64,000 bases of DNA from contig BGZO01000003.1 in NCBI GenBank assembly GCA_003864475.1, positions 1,789 to 65,788 of the forward strand, written 5' to 3'. Source of the DNA: Candidatus Termititenax persephonae. Its GTDB lineage: Bacteria; Margulisbacteria; Termititenacia; Termititenacales; Termititenacaceae. Shown piece after piece: positions 17,604 to 26,237 of this stretch. The first letter of the stretch is position 1; each line of letters starts with the position of its first letter. The notes beneath the pieces are model-generated. The model ran no database searches and was not told the origin of the DNA. It saw nothing but the letters and a program-made list of their open reading frames with translations. The position numbers were made by a program, and so were the translations under genes.

Positions 17604-18419
17604 ATGTCCAAGTTTTCTGTCATTACCGTCTGCCGCAATGCCGAAAAAGATATTGGGCGTACTATAAATTCCGTGCTTAGTCAGGATTCCCGAGATTATG
17701 AATATATTATTATCGACGGGGCATCGACGGATAATACTATCTCCATAGTAAAACAATATGGCAAGAAGATAGCTAAATTTATTTCCGAACCAGACACGGG
17801 GATTTATCAAGCGATGAACAAAGGCATCGGGCTGGCGACTGGGAAATATCTTTTGTTTTTGAATGCTGGGGATTTATTCTTGCACGAGCGGATACTTAGT
17901 GTTATGGCCGGACAAATTGAGCAAAATCCAGCGGATGTGTTATATGGAGATTTGCTGATAACGGATATGCATAAAGGCAGTACTCTCTATAGAAATTCGG
18001 TCAGAAACATGCATAAGTTTTGGTTGTATCGCCATAATATTTTTCATCAATCCGCATTTATACGGAGAGAGTTGTTTGCTCAGGCGGGATTGTATGATGA
18101 ATCTTTTTCTTTAGCTGGGGACCATGAGTGGTTTGTGCGGCTGTTCACGCATTACAAAAATATTTGCCCATATTATTATGATTTTTGTGCCGCGCTTTTT
18201 GCGGTGGGGGGGCGTTCGGCGGGCGGTTTGCAGGACAAGAGATTATGTAAAGAATTGGCTTTGATTAGGGACAAATATTATGGTTTAGGTGCAAAGATTT
18301 TATGTTCCCAAGGCTGGTTATACCAAGTCTGGTGGCTGGGGTATAGAATTTGGCGGAGATACAAGTTAAAAACCAGTAATCTGGCAAAATGTTCTCATTC
18401 CGAAGGTCAGACGGTATGA
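17604..18419 (+). CDS. Family 2 glycosyltransferase (tandem paralogue 1)
   Basis: MSKFSVITVCRNAEKDIGRTINSVLSQDSRDYEYIIIDGASTDNT...FLNAGD. Confidence 0.8.
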   Translation: MSKFSVITVCRNAEKDIGRTINSVLSQDSRDYEYIIIDGASTDNTISIVKQYGKKIAKFISEPDTGIYQAMNKGIGLATGKYLLFLNAGDLFLHERILSVMAGQIEQNPADVLYGDLLITDMHKGSTLYRNSVRNMHKFWLYRHNIFHQSAFIRRELFAQAGLYDESFSLAGDHEWFVRLFTHYKNICPYYYDFCAALFAVGGRSAGGLQDKRLCKELALIRDKYYGLGAKILCSQGWLYQVWWLGYRIWRRYKLKTSNLAKCSHSEGQTV

Positions 18420-19186
18420 CAAGGTTTTCTATAATTACCGTTTGCCGCAATGCCGAACGGGATATTGAGCGTACTATAAATTCTGTGCTTGGTCAGGATT
18501 TTCCAGATTATGAATATATTATTATTGACGGTGTGTCGACAGATAATACTGTTTTATTGGTAAAACAATATGGCGAGAAAATAGCTAAATTTATTTCCGA
18601 GCCGGACACAGGAATTTATGACGCGATGAACAAGGGTATAAAATTGGCGGAAGGACAATATTTACTTTTCTTAAATGCCGGAGATACCTTGCTGCATGAA
18701 AATGTTTTGGCTATTGCGGCGAAACAACTGGCTGGACATAAAGTGGATGTGTTTTTTGGACAGATTGTCAGGCTAAATAGACAAACTGGCAAAGCGACAA
18801 TCAATCAACAGACAGCCTATTTAAATAAGCTGACATTGTTGGCTAATCAGCCCCAGCATCCCGCTTCCTTTATTGGCAGAGATGCTTTTGCCAAAGTTGG
18901 TTTATATGACACAACCTTGCGGATTTGCGGCGATTATGAATGGTTTTTGCGCGCTTTCTTGCGGTATAAATGTAGTTACCGTTATTATGATTTGCTCTGT
19001 TCGGTTTTCTCTCTTGGTGGTATCAGCACCACGGATGGTTATGTGCATGAGGAGACAAAAATTGTGCGAGAAAAATATTATAGTAAGTTTTGGCTGTTTA
19101 TATATGCGCATGGTTTTCTTTATTGGCAGACTTGTAAACTATCTATTTTTGGGGCAAGGTTATTAAGATTGTTTAAAAAAATATAA
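18416..19186 (+). CDS. Family 2 glycosyltransferase (tandem paralogue 2)
   Basis: MTRFSIITVCRNAERDIERTINSVLGQDFPDYEYIIIDGVSTDNT...FLNAGD. There is an ATGA overlap with the preceding gene. Confidence 0.8.
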   Translation: MTRFSIITVCRNAERDIERTINSVLGQDFPDYEYIIIDGVSTDNTVLLVKQYGEKIAKFISEPDTGIYDAMNKGIKLAEGQYLLFLNAGDTLLHENVLAIAAKQLAGHKVDVFFGQIVRLNRQTGKATINQQTAYLNKLTLLANQPQHPASFIGRDAFAKVGLYDTTLRICGDYEWFLRAFLRYKCSYRYYDLLCSVFSLGGISTTDGYVHEETKIVREKYYSKFWLFIYAHGFLYWQTCKLSIFGARLLRLFKKI

Positions 19187-19277
19187 CAGAACTGAAATAA
19201 TTTTTTAGTTGATTAAACATTTTTTTAAGAAAAGACGCTTTTTTATTGCAACATGTAATCCATGCTACAATAAATAT

Positions 19278-20282
19278 ATGGCAACTATTAAGAATTTGCC
19301 GCAAGTTTCCGTAATTATTCCTGTATATGGGACAGAGAAGTATTTGCCACGTTGCTTGGACAGTATTTTGGCGCAGACTTTTTCGGACTGGGAGTGTATT
19401 TTAGTTGACGATGTTTCGCCGGATAATTGCCCGCGCTTGTGCGATGAATATGCGGTAAAAGATAAGCGATTCAAAGTTGTCCATGAGCAAGAAAATTTGG
19501 GAGCTCCATTGGCTCGAAAATCTGGGATAGTTGTGGCATCGGGGGATTACCTTATTTGCATTGATAGCGACGATTGGATAGAGCCAACGATGCTGGCAAA
19601 AATGTATGCCCAAGCGGTAACTGGAGATTGTGGTGTGGTTTGTTGTGATTTTGTCAAAGAACGCCATGGACAGGTTGAAGGGTATTTGAAACAAGGGGCT
19701 TTTTGTGTGGATAAACCAGTAAATATCAAAAATCTATTGGGCAACAGAACCCTGCACAATGCCGCTAATAAATTGGTTAAGAGAGAAATATATAATCAGA
19801 TTATTTTTCCTAGATATTATGCCTCCGATGATTGGGTAATGGCGATACAGTTTGCCTACTATGCGGATAATATTGGCTATGTACCGGAGGCTTTGTACCA
19901 TTACTGTTTTAGCGCAGAGACAGACAATAATACTTGGAAGAGAAGCGCGGATAAAATCAGTCTAGACCATTATGAAAATTTCCGAATTATCGTAAGATTT
20001 TTAGAAGATAAATTTGGCACTAATATTGAAGTCTTAGAACCGGAATTGAGCGACGCGGTAAACTTGGTTAAATATCCTTTTGTGGAAAACAGAAAAATCC
20101 GTGACCTTAATAAATTAGTTGAACTGTATCCGCGTTCCAATAAGTTTATTTTTAATCGGACCTTAAAAATATCTTGGGCGGCTAGGATTGTTTTCTGGCT
20201 GGCGGCAAGGCGGATAATAGTCCCTTGGGCTTTTGAATTGAGAAGTTTGTATGAGAAAATTGTCAGTCTGGTAAAAAAATAA
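19278..20282 (+). CDS. Family 2 glycosyltransferase
   Basis: MATIKNLPQVSVIIPVYGTEKYLPRCLDSILAQTFSDWECILVDDVSPD...CIDSDDW. The internal ATG 19278 is preferred to track start 19209. Confidence 0.8.
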   Translation: MATIKNLPQVSVIIPVYGTEKYLPRCLDSILAQTFSDWECILVDDVSPDNCPRLCDEYAVKDKRFKVVHEQENLGAPLARKSGIVVASGDYLICIDSDDWIEPTMLAKMYAQAVTGDCGVVCCDFVKERHGQVEGYLKQGAFCVDKPVNIKNLLGNRTLHNAANKLVKREIYNQIIFPRYYASDDWVMAIQFAYYADNIGYVPEALYHYCFSAETDNNTWKRSADKISLDHYENFRIIVRFLEDKFGTNIEVLEPELSDAVNLVKYPFVENRKIRDLNKLVELYPRSNKFIFNRTLKISWAARIVFWLAARRIIVPWAFELRSLYEKIVSLVKK

Positions 20283-20296
20283 TTGGAGTTATAACC

Positions 20297-21256
20297 GTGA
20301 ATAAGTTATTGGAAACATCTTTAGAATTAAGCCGTAAAGTTTGTCGCCGCCTGCATTTGCAGAAAACTTATAAATTATCCTATGACTTATCCGGGCAGGT
20401 GGTGTCAGACTATCTGCGTGATTTATTGACGGCAGACAAACCCTGTATGATTGCCCGCCTAGGCGCGACGGAATTGAATTATCTAGCCAATTATCTAAGT
20501 GTGCGGGATAAACGAAATATTCTAGTAAAACTATATAAGTATTTGACTAATCAAATGGAGGAATTTTGGTGGTCGGCAGAACGCCGCCGGAAAATGAGCC
20601 TTTGGTCTGGTTTTTTTCCGTCTGACCAGGATAAGTTAAGCAAGTTTGCGGAACTCATGCTGGCTAGTCTGCCGCAGATTGATATGCTTGGTTCTTGGCT
20701 GCCTGAGGAACGCTATTTTGCCAAAGAACTGCGCGGCGCTAAGAAGGTTCCGCTGATTGACTTGGAGCCGTATTATCATGCTGAGCCGTGGACGATTGCC
20801 TTGCGCGGCAAAAAAGTTTTGGTCGTTCACCCCTTCAGCGCGACCATCGAGAGCCAGTACCAAAAACGCGAGAAATTATTTATGAATCCGGATGTCTTGC
20901 CGGAGTTTCATTTAGAGACTATCCAGGCCGTGCAGTCTATTGCGGGTACGCAGACCAAATATACAGATTGGTTTGCGGCCTTAGATGATATGAAAAAGCA
21001 AATTGCGCTGAAAGATTTTGACGTGGCGATTTTAGGTTGCGGCGCGTACGGTTTTCCGCTGGCGGCGTATATTAAAGGTCTCGGCAAAAAAGCTGTGCAT
21101 CTGGGCGGGTGCAGTCAGTTGCTTTTCGGGATTAAGGGCAAACGATTTGACCCTTACCTTTATATCAATCTTTTGTATAACAAGCACTGGGTGCGTCCGT
21201 CGGCGGAAGAAACGCCGCCCCGGGCAGAAATCGTGGAGGGAGGCTGTTACTGGTAG
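20297..21256 (+). CDS. Hypothetical protein, possibly a non-classical (GT-D/DUF1792-like) glycosyltransferase
   Basis: A 319-aa ORF in the operon (GTG start). KKVLVVHPFSATIESQ and ILGCGAYGFPLAAYIKGLGKKAVHLGG suggest a Rossmann-like sugar-modifying enzyme. The family assignment is uncertain. Confidence 0.4.
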   Translation: MNKLLETSLELSRKVCRRLHLQKTYKLSYDLSGQVVSDYLRDLLTADKPCMIARLGATELNYLANYLSVRDKRNILVKLYKYLTNQMEEFWWSAERRRKMSLWSGFFPSDQDKLSKFAELMLASLPQIDMLGSWLPEERYFAKELRGAKKVPLIDLEPYYHAEPWTIALRGKKVLVVHPFSATIESQYQKREKLFMNPDVLPEFHLETIQAVQSIAGTQTKYTDWFAALDDMKKQIALKDFDVAILGCGAYGFPLAAYIKGLGKKAVHLGGCSQLLFGIKGKRFDPYLYINLLYNKHWVRPSAEETPPRAEIVEGGCYW

Positions 21257-23203
21257 ATGAGTTTTGCCACACCAATATTATTTATTGTTTTCAATCGGCT
21301 GGACACGACGCGGCAGGTTTTTTCTGTCATTCGGCGGATTAAACCGAAATATTTGTATGTCGCTGCGGACGGAGCGCGTGCGGATAATGAGGGAGAAAAA
21401 CAAGCCGTGCAAGAAGTGCGCGATTATGTGTTGCAAAATATTGACTGGGCTTGCGAAACCAAGACTTTATTTCGCAATGAAAATCACGGCTCCGGACGCG
21501 GTGTGGCCGAGGCGATAACTTGGTTTTTTGCACAGGTCGAGCGGGGTATAGTTTTAGAGCATGATTGCCTGCCGTCTTTAAGTTTTTTTTCTTTTTGTGC
21601 GGAGCTTTTAGAAAGATATAAGAACGATAATAGAATTTATCATATTACCGGACATAATCCGCTGGGAAAAACAGAGACGGACGGCGCGAGTTATTATTTT
21701 GCCAGAGTGGAGCATTGCTGGGGTTTTGCGACTTGGCGGCGGGCTTGGCAGAAATACAGTTATGATATTCAGGGTTTGGACGACTTTATCCGGCAGAGAA
21801 AAATAACAAAAATATTCCGCCGCTCCTGCGACCAGAAATATTGGCTGGGGATTTTTCGCAAAATGGAGAAACATTGCTGGCAAACTTGGGATTATCAATG
21901 GACTTACACGATTTTTCAAAATGATGGCATTTGTATCAATCCTGCGGATAATCTGATTTCCAACATTGGTTTTGGGCAAGGCGCGGTGCATACTACTAAT
22001 TTAGCCTCGCCGTTTAATAACCAAAAGAGATACGAAATTACCGAGATTAAGCATCCATCCAAAGTGCAAGTAAATGAGCAGGCAGTCGAGGTTATCCAAA
22101 ATTTTTTGTTCGGCGTAGAGCCATTGTGGCGGAAGATAGTTTGCTGGCTACCGCGGAAAGCCCAAGGCTTATGCCGCAGACTTATCCAAGGGAACGGCAA
22201 GGTGATTTATTGGCTTTGGAAAGCTTTTATTTTTCCGCACCTTATTCTAAGGGAATTAAGAATTAGGGAACGTAAGGTAAGCTATGGACAAGAAAACCCA
22301 GACAAAACTTTTTATGTGATTGGCTGGGGAAAGTCTTGGGGCAGTTCCGGCTTGTTTTGTATGGTGCAAGCCACTTTCGCTTTGCTGGTTGACGCGGTGG
22401 AACGCGGGTTTGTCCCGGTGGTGGATTGGCAAAATTATCCCAGCCAGTATCTGCCGTCCAATTTGTTGCATAGAGAAAATGCTTGGGAATATTTTTTTGA
22501 ACAGCCAGGTGGGTATACCTTAGCAGATATTAGCAAAAGCAAGAATGTTATTTTAAGCCCGAAAGAATGTTTTAAGGCATATGGCAATTTTGCTGACATT
22601 AATATTGTTTATTACCGTAAATTGTTTAAGCAATATATTCGTTTTAACAAAGAGACTGCGGATTATCTAGCGGCGGAATATAAAGAGATTTTACAAGATA
22701 AAGGCAAGGTGTTGGGTGTGCTGTGCCGCGGTACTGATTACACTTTGAAAAAAACTGCCAGACACGCTATCCAGCCGGAAGTAACAGAGGTTATCAGAAG
22801 GGCTGCTTGGATTATGGCGGAGAGAAATTACCAATACATTTATTTGGCTACGGAAGACAAAAATAATTTTGAATTGTTTAAAGAGTATTTTGGTGCCAAA
22901 TTATTGGTCAATAAGCAAATTCGGTTTTCTCAGCAAGATTTGAGAGATGTGCGCTATATTTCAGAAATTGCTTTTTCTGCAAGGGCTGATATTAGAGGGG
23001 GTAAATATTTATTGGGACTACAGTATTTATCATCGCTTAATCTCTTGGCGCATTGTGCTGGCTTTGTCGGCGGCATCACTGCAGGCACATGGGGCGTACA
23101 TTTGTTGGCCACTGGTTTTGAATATGATTATGTTTATAATCTTGGCTCATATCCAGAAACATCTTGGCGTAGTCGGGTAAAAAGAATTCTAAGAATAATC
23201 TAA
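21257..23203 (+). CDS. Two-domain glycosyltransferase: N-terminal GNT-I/HlpA-like GT-A domain plus a C-terminal domain with a fucosyltransferase-superfamily-like RGxDY motif
   Basis: The N-terminus PILFIVFNRLDTTRQVFSVIRRIKPKYLYVAADGAR...GIVLEHDCLPS is paralogous to 7838. The C-terminal ~320 aa contain VLGVLCRGTDYTLKK and YIYLATEDKNN. Confidence 0.6.
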   Translation: MSFATPILFIVFNRLDTTRQVFSVIRRIKPKYLYVAADGARADNEGEKQAVQEVRDYVLQNIDWACETKTLFRNENHGSGRGVAEAITWFFAQVERGIVLEHDCLPSLSFFSFCAELLERYKNDNRIYHITGHNPLGKTETDGASYYFARVEHCWGFATWRRAWQKYSYDIQGLDDFIRQRKITKIFRRSCDQKYWLGIFRKMEKHCWQTWDYQWTYTIFQNDGICINPADNLISNIGFGQGAVHTTNLASPFNNQKRYEITEIKHPSKVQVNEQAVEVIQNFLFGVEPLWRKIVCWLPRKAQGLCRRLIQGNGKVIYWLWKAFIFPHLILRELRIRERKVSYGQENPDKTFYVIGWGKSWGSSGLFCMVQATFALLVDAVERGFVPVVDWQNYPSQYLPSNLLHRENAWEYFFEQPGGYTLADISKSKNVILSPKECFKAYGNFADINIVYYRKLFKQYIRFNKETADYLAAEYKEILQDKGKVLGVLCRGTDYTLKKTARHAIQPEVTEVIRRAAWIMAERNYQYIYLATEDKNNFELFKEYFGAKLLVNKQIRFSQQDLRDVRYISEIAFSARADIRGGKYLLGLQYLSSLNLLAHCAGFVGGITAGTWGVHLLATGFEYDYVYNLGSYPETSWRSRVKRILRII

Positions 23204-24121
23204 AGTTTTTTTCGTAAATAATCGTGCCTCGCGGTGATTGCGCCAGTTGAGGTAAGGAATATACAAGCCTAATTTCATTAGAATATAAAACCATAACCGT
23301 CGAAGTTTATTAGCTTTGTTTAAGAAATCACAATGCAAAAACGAACAGTCTTTAGCAATTAATTGTTTTAGGTTTTTAGCGTACATGAAATTATTGGCTC
23401 TTTGCTCAAAGCTTGCACCCTGTCCATAGGTGGGATACCCTTTTGATGTTGTATGCAGAGGATGGTTATATATTTTTTGTTGAAAATCTTTGCTCTTTAA
23501 CAAAAAACAATTATCTGTAATATAAAATCGTCCGACGTAAAAATTACCGATAATTTTGTTGGAACGCCACTCTTGACGATTATAATTGCGGACAGGATTG
23601 GCAATCAAGTAATCGGGATTTTGAGTGAGCAATTCACAGGCCTCTGGTATCCAGAGACCGTGTTTTGGATTTGGCAAAAAAACGTCAAGCATTAGATGCA
23701 ACACAAATTCAGTCTTAGCTAAATAAATGCCCGTAAGTGCGCCGAACAAATAATGCTGTCCTTGTCCCGGAAAATCCGGCTGGATTTCCAACTTTTCTGC
23801 TATTTCTGCTCTGTAATCGTCAACAAAATAAAACACATCCAATATACCTGCGTCAACTTTTTTCTGCGCGTATTTGCGGACTATCTCTGGGTGTTTAACA
23901 TTATTGATGATGAGTTGGCGGTAGGTAAATTTTATGCCGCAGTTTTTAATCATCTGGTCGAGATAGCTGGTTTTTAGCACGTAAGCCCAGTCTTTTTCCC
24001 AGCAGAGGGTTTGAAAAGTAATTGAGCGGGATGCGGCGGAATTGAGAAATGCCTTCTTTTTAGCTATCATGTTAGAAAATATTAACATAGAAGGAAGTTT
24101 TTTGAAAATTCTGCTCCTCAA
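23189..24121 (-). CDS. Hypothetical protein (only minus-strand gene within the 13-29 kb plus-strand block)
   Basis: A 310-aa ORF in an AT-rich segment, with no family recognised. Its start is uncertain (M1, M12 or M18) because the 5' end overlaps the divergent GT4 start region. Confidence 0.55.
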   Translation of the reverse strand: MRSRIFKKLPSMLIFSNMIAKKKAFLNSAASRSITFQTLCWEKDWAYVLKTSYLDQMIKNCGIKFTYRQLIINNVKHPEIVRKYAQKKVDAGILDVFYFVDDYRAEIAEKLEIQPDFPGQGQHYLFGALTGIYLAKTEFVLHLMLDVFLPNPKHGLWIPEACELLTQNPDYLIANPVRNYNRQEWRSNKIIGNFYVGRFYITDNCFLLKSKDFQQKIYNHPLHTTSKGYPTYGQGASFEQRANNFMYAKNLKQLIAKDCSFLHCDFLNKANKLRRLWFYILMKLGLYIPYLNWRNHREARLFTKKTLDYS

Positions 24122-25358
24122 TTATTCTGACACAGGCGGCGGCGCGGCCGTGGCGGCGGTCAGACTGCTTGCTGCTTTGCGCCAGCGCGGTGTGGATGCG
24201 GATTTGGGTGTGGTGGAAAAAAACACCAGCCAGCCCAGTATAATCTGCTTGAAAAAAGATAATTTGTTAAAAAAAATATTGCGCCGCTGGCGTGCTTATC
24301 TGCTACGTTTTGCTTTTCGTACGACAAACCCGATTCTGCACTCGGAAAACAAACAAACTTTGCTGGATATTGAGCGGATTAATAATTCAGATTATGACTT
24401 GGTGCATCTGCACTGGGTTAATTACAATGCGCTGGCCATAGAGGACATGGCGAAAATTAAAAAGCCGCTGGTCTGGACGCTGCATGACCATTGGGTTTTT
24501 GCCGGAGCGGAACATTATGCCAATATCTGGGAGAACGATGAGAGATTTATGGTTGGCTATACGCGGGCTAATCAGCCGCCCACAACTAAGGGCTTAGATA
24601 TTTGCCGTTGGACTTGGGAACGCAAGAAAAAATCTTGGGCGAAGGTAAAAATAGATTTTATTGCGCCGAGTAATTATGAGCAGAATTTGTTTGCGCAAAG
24701 CGCCTTATTTAAGGGGGGGGATAATCCTAGTGCGGTGATTCCCAATATTGTGCCGGAAGATATTTTTAAGCCTTTGGCTAAGTTTGCCTTGCGGCAGAAA
24801 TATGGCATACCGCAGGATAAGAAAGTTATTGGTTTTGGCGCATTGGATATTTCCTGCGAGAAGTCTGTCAAGGGCGGTCATCTGCTCTTAGAGGCTTTGC
24901 GGAAGATTCCAGAGCCGCAGGATTTTCACTTAGTGATTTTCGGCAGGGTGGATGCTTCTTTTAGCCGCGCGGTGGCGATGCCGTTGTTTTCCGCAGGCTG
25001 GGTAGACAAGCAAAATGTTCTGGCAGAGTTGTACAATCTTTGCGATGTTTTTGTCTGTCCGTCCGTACTGGAGAACCTGCCCAATGTCTGCCTAGAGGCT
25101 TTGTTTTGCGGAGTGCCTGTCGCGGCTTTTGCGACGGGCGGTATCCCGGACATAGTGGAGCATCGGCGGACGGGTTATTTAGCGAGACCGTTTGCGGCGG
25201 AGGATTTGGCCCAGGGCATTGCTTACTGCTCGGCCCAGGCGCCAAGATTATCCGAAAATTCTTTGCTCAAAGCCGGACAAGATTTTAACAATCGAGCCGT
25301 ACTGGAAAAGCATATCTCATTTTATGAAAATGTTTTAAAATGCCGTCCAGGAGCGTGA
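24102..25358 (+). CDS. GT-B fold glycosyltransferase (GT4 family)
   Basis: KILLLNYSDTGGGAAVAAVRLLAAL...VFVCPSVLENLPNVCLEALFCGVPVAAFATGGIPDIVEH is the E-x7-E type region. TTG 24102 is preceded by AAGGAAG. The track start ATG 24042 and ATG 24069 are alternatives. Confidence 0.8.
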   Translation: MKILLLNYSDTGGGAAVAAVRLLAALRQRGVDADLGVVEKNTSQPSIICLKKDNLLKKILRRWRAYLLRFAFRTTNPILHSENKQTLLDIERINNSDYDLVHLHWVNYNALAIEDMAKIKKPLVWTLHDHWVFAGAEHYANIWENDERFMVGYTRANQPPTTKGLDICRWTWERKKKSWAKVKIDFIAPSNYEQNLFAQSALFKGGDNPSAVIPNIVPEDIFKPLAKFALRQKYGIPQDKKVIGFGALDISCEKSVKGGHLLLEALRKIPEPQDFHLVIFGRVDASFSRAVAMPLFSAGWVDKQNVLAELYNLCDVFVCPSVLENLPNVCLEALFCGVPVAAFATGGIPDIVEHRRTGYLARPFAAEDLAQGIAYCSAQAPRLSENSLLKAGQDFNNRAVLEKHISFYENVLKCRPGA

Positions 25359-25361
25359 AAC

Positions 25362-26237
25362 GTGAGTTGTCTGGTCAGTGTCGTCCTCGGTTCTTATAAC
25401 CGCCGTAAGTTTTTGCCCCGTTGCCTCGACAGTGTGCGCCGGGAGTTGGCGGATGTGCCGCACGAGATTATCGTGGTGGACGGCGGCAGCACGGACGGGT
25501 CGCTCAGCTGGCTGGTCAAGCAGAAGGACATCCTGACCATAGTCCAGCACAACCGCGGCTCTTGGCGCGGGCGGCCAGTCCGGCGACGTTCTTGGGGCTA
25601 TTTTATGAATCTGGGATTTAAAGCGGCGCAGGGCAAGTATATCTGTATGCTTAGCGATGATTGCCTGGTGGTCCCCGGCGCGGTCAAGAAAGGCCTGGCG
25701 CTTTTTGAGCGGAAGCGGCGGGCGCGGCAGAAAATCGGTGCGCTGGCTTTTTATTGGCGCGACTGGCCAGTGGAAAATTTTTACGCCGTCTATGCTTTTG
25801 CGGGCGGGGTCTTAAATGTCAACCACGGCCTGTATCTGCGCGCGGCTCTGCAGGAGATTGGTTTTTTGGACGAAGAGACCTATCGGTTTTATGCGGGCGA
25901 TATTGATGTTTGTCTTCAACTTGCCGCCGCGGGATACAAAATAATACCTGCGGAAAATTCTTATATCGAGCATTACGCGCACGCTAATTTCCGCGCCCGT
26001 TTTGCCAATAACAAGCAAAATCAAGAGCGGGACAAGCGGGCGTTAATCAAGAAATGGAGTTTTAAGTACGGCACCAATCCTGAAAATTATGCCCGCCAGA
26101 CTTGGCCCAAAGATTTTCACGATTCTACGCGGACGATTCGTAAATTTTATTTATGGCATTTTTTGAACGGCTGGGAATATTTGCTCTGGGCTTATAAATT
26201 CTGCCGCAAAACTTTTGCGAAAGGTTCAGTAGGATGA
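25362..26237 (+). CDS. Family 2 glycosyltransferase
   Basis: LVSVVLGSYNRRKFLPRCLDSVRRELADVPHEIIVVDGGSTDGS...MLSDDC. GTG start. Confidence 0.8.
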   Translation: MSCLVSVVLGSYNRRKFLPRCLDSVRRELADVPHEIIVVDGGSTDGSLSWLVKQKDILTIVQHNRGSWRGRPVRRRSWGYFMNLGFKAAQGKYICMLSDDCLVVPGAVKKGLALFERKRRARQKIGALAFYWRDWPVENFYAVYAFAGGVLNVNHGLYLRAALQEIGFLDEETYRFYAGDIDVCLQLAAAGYKIIPAENSYIEHYAHANFRARFANNKQNQERDKRALIKKWSFKYGTNPENYARQTWPKDFHDSTRTIRKFYLWHFLNGWEYLLWAYKFCRKTFAKGSVG

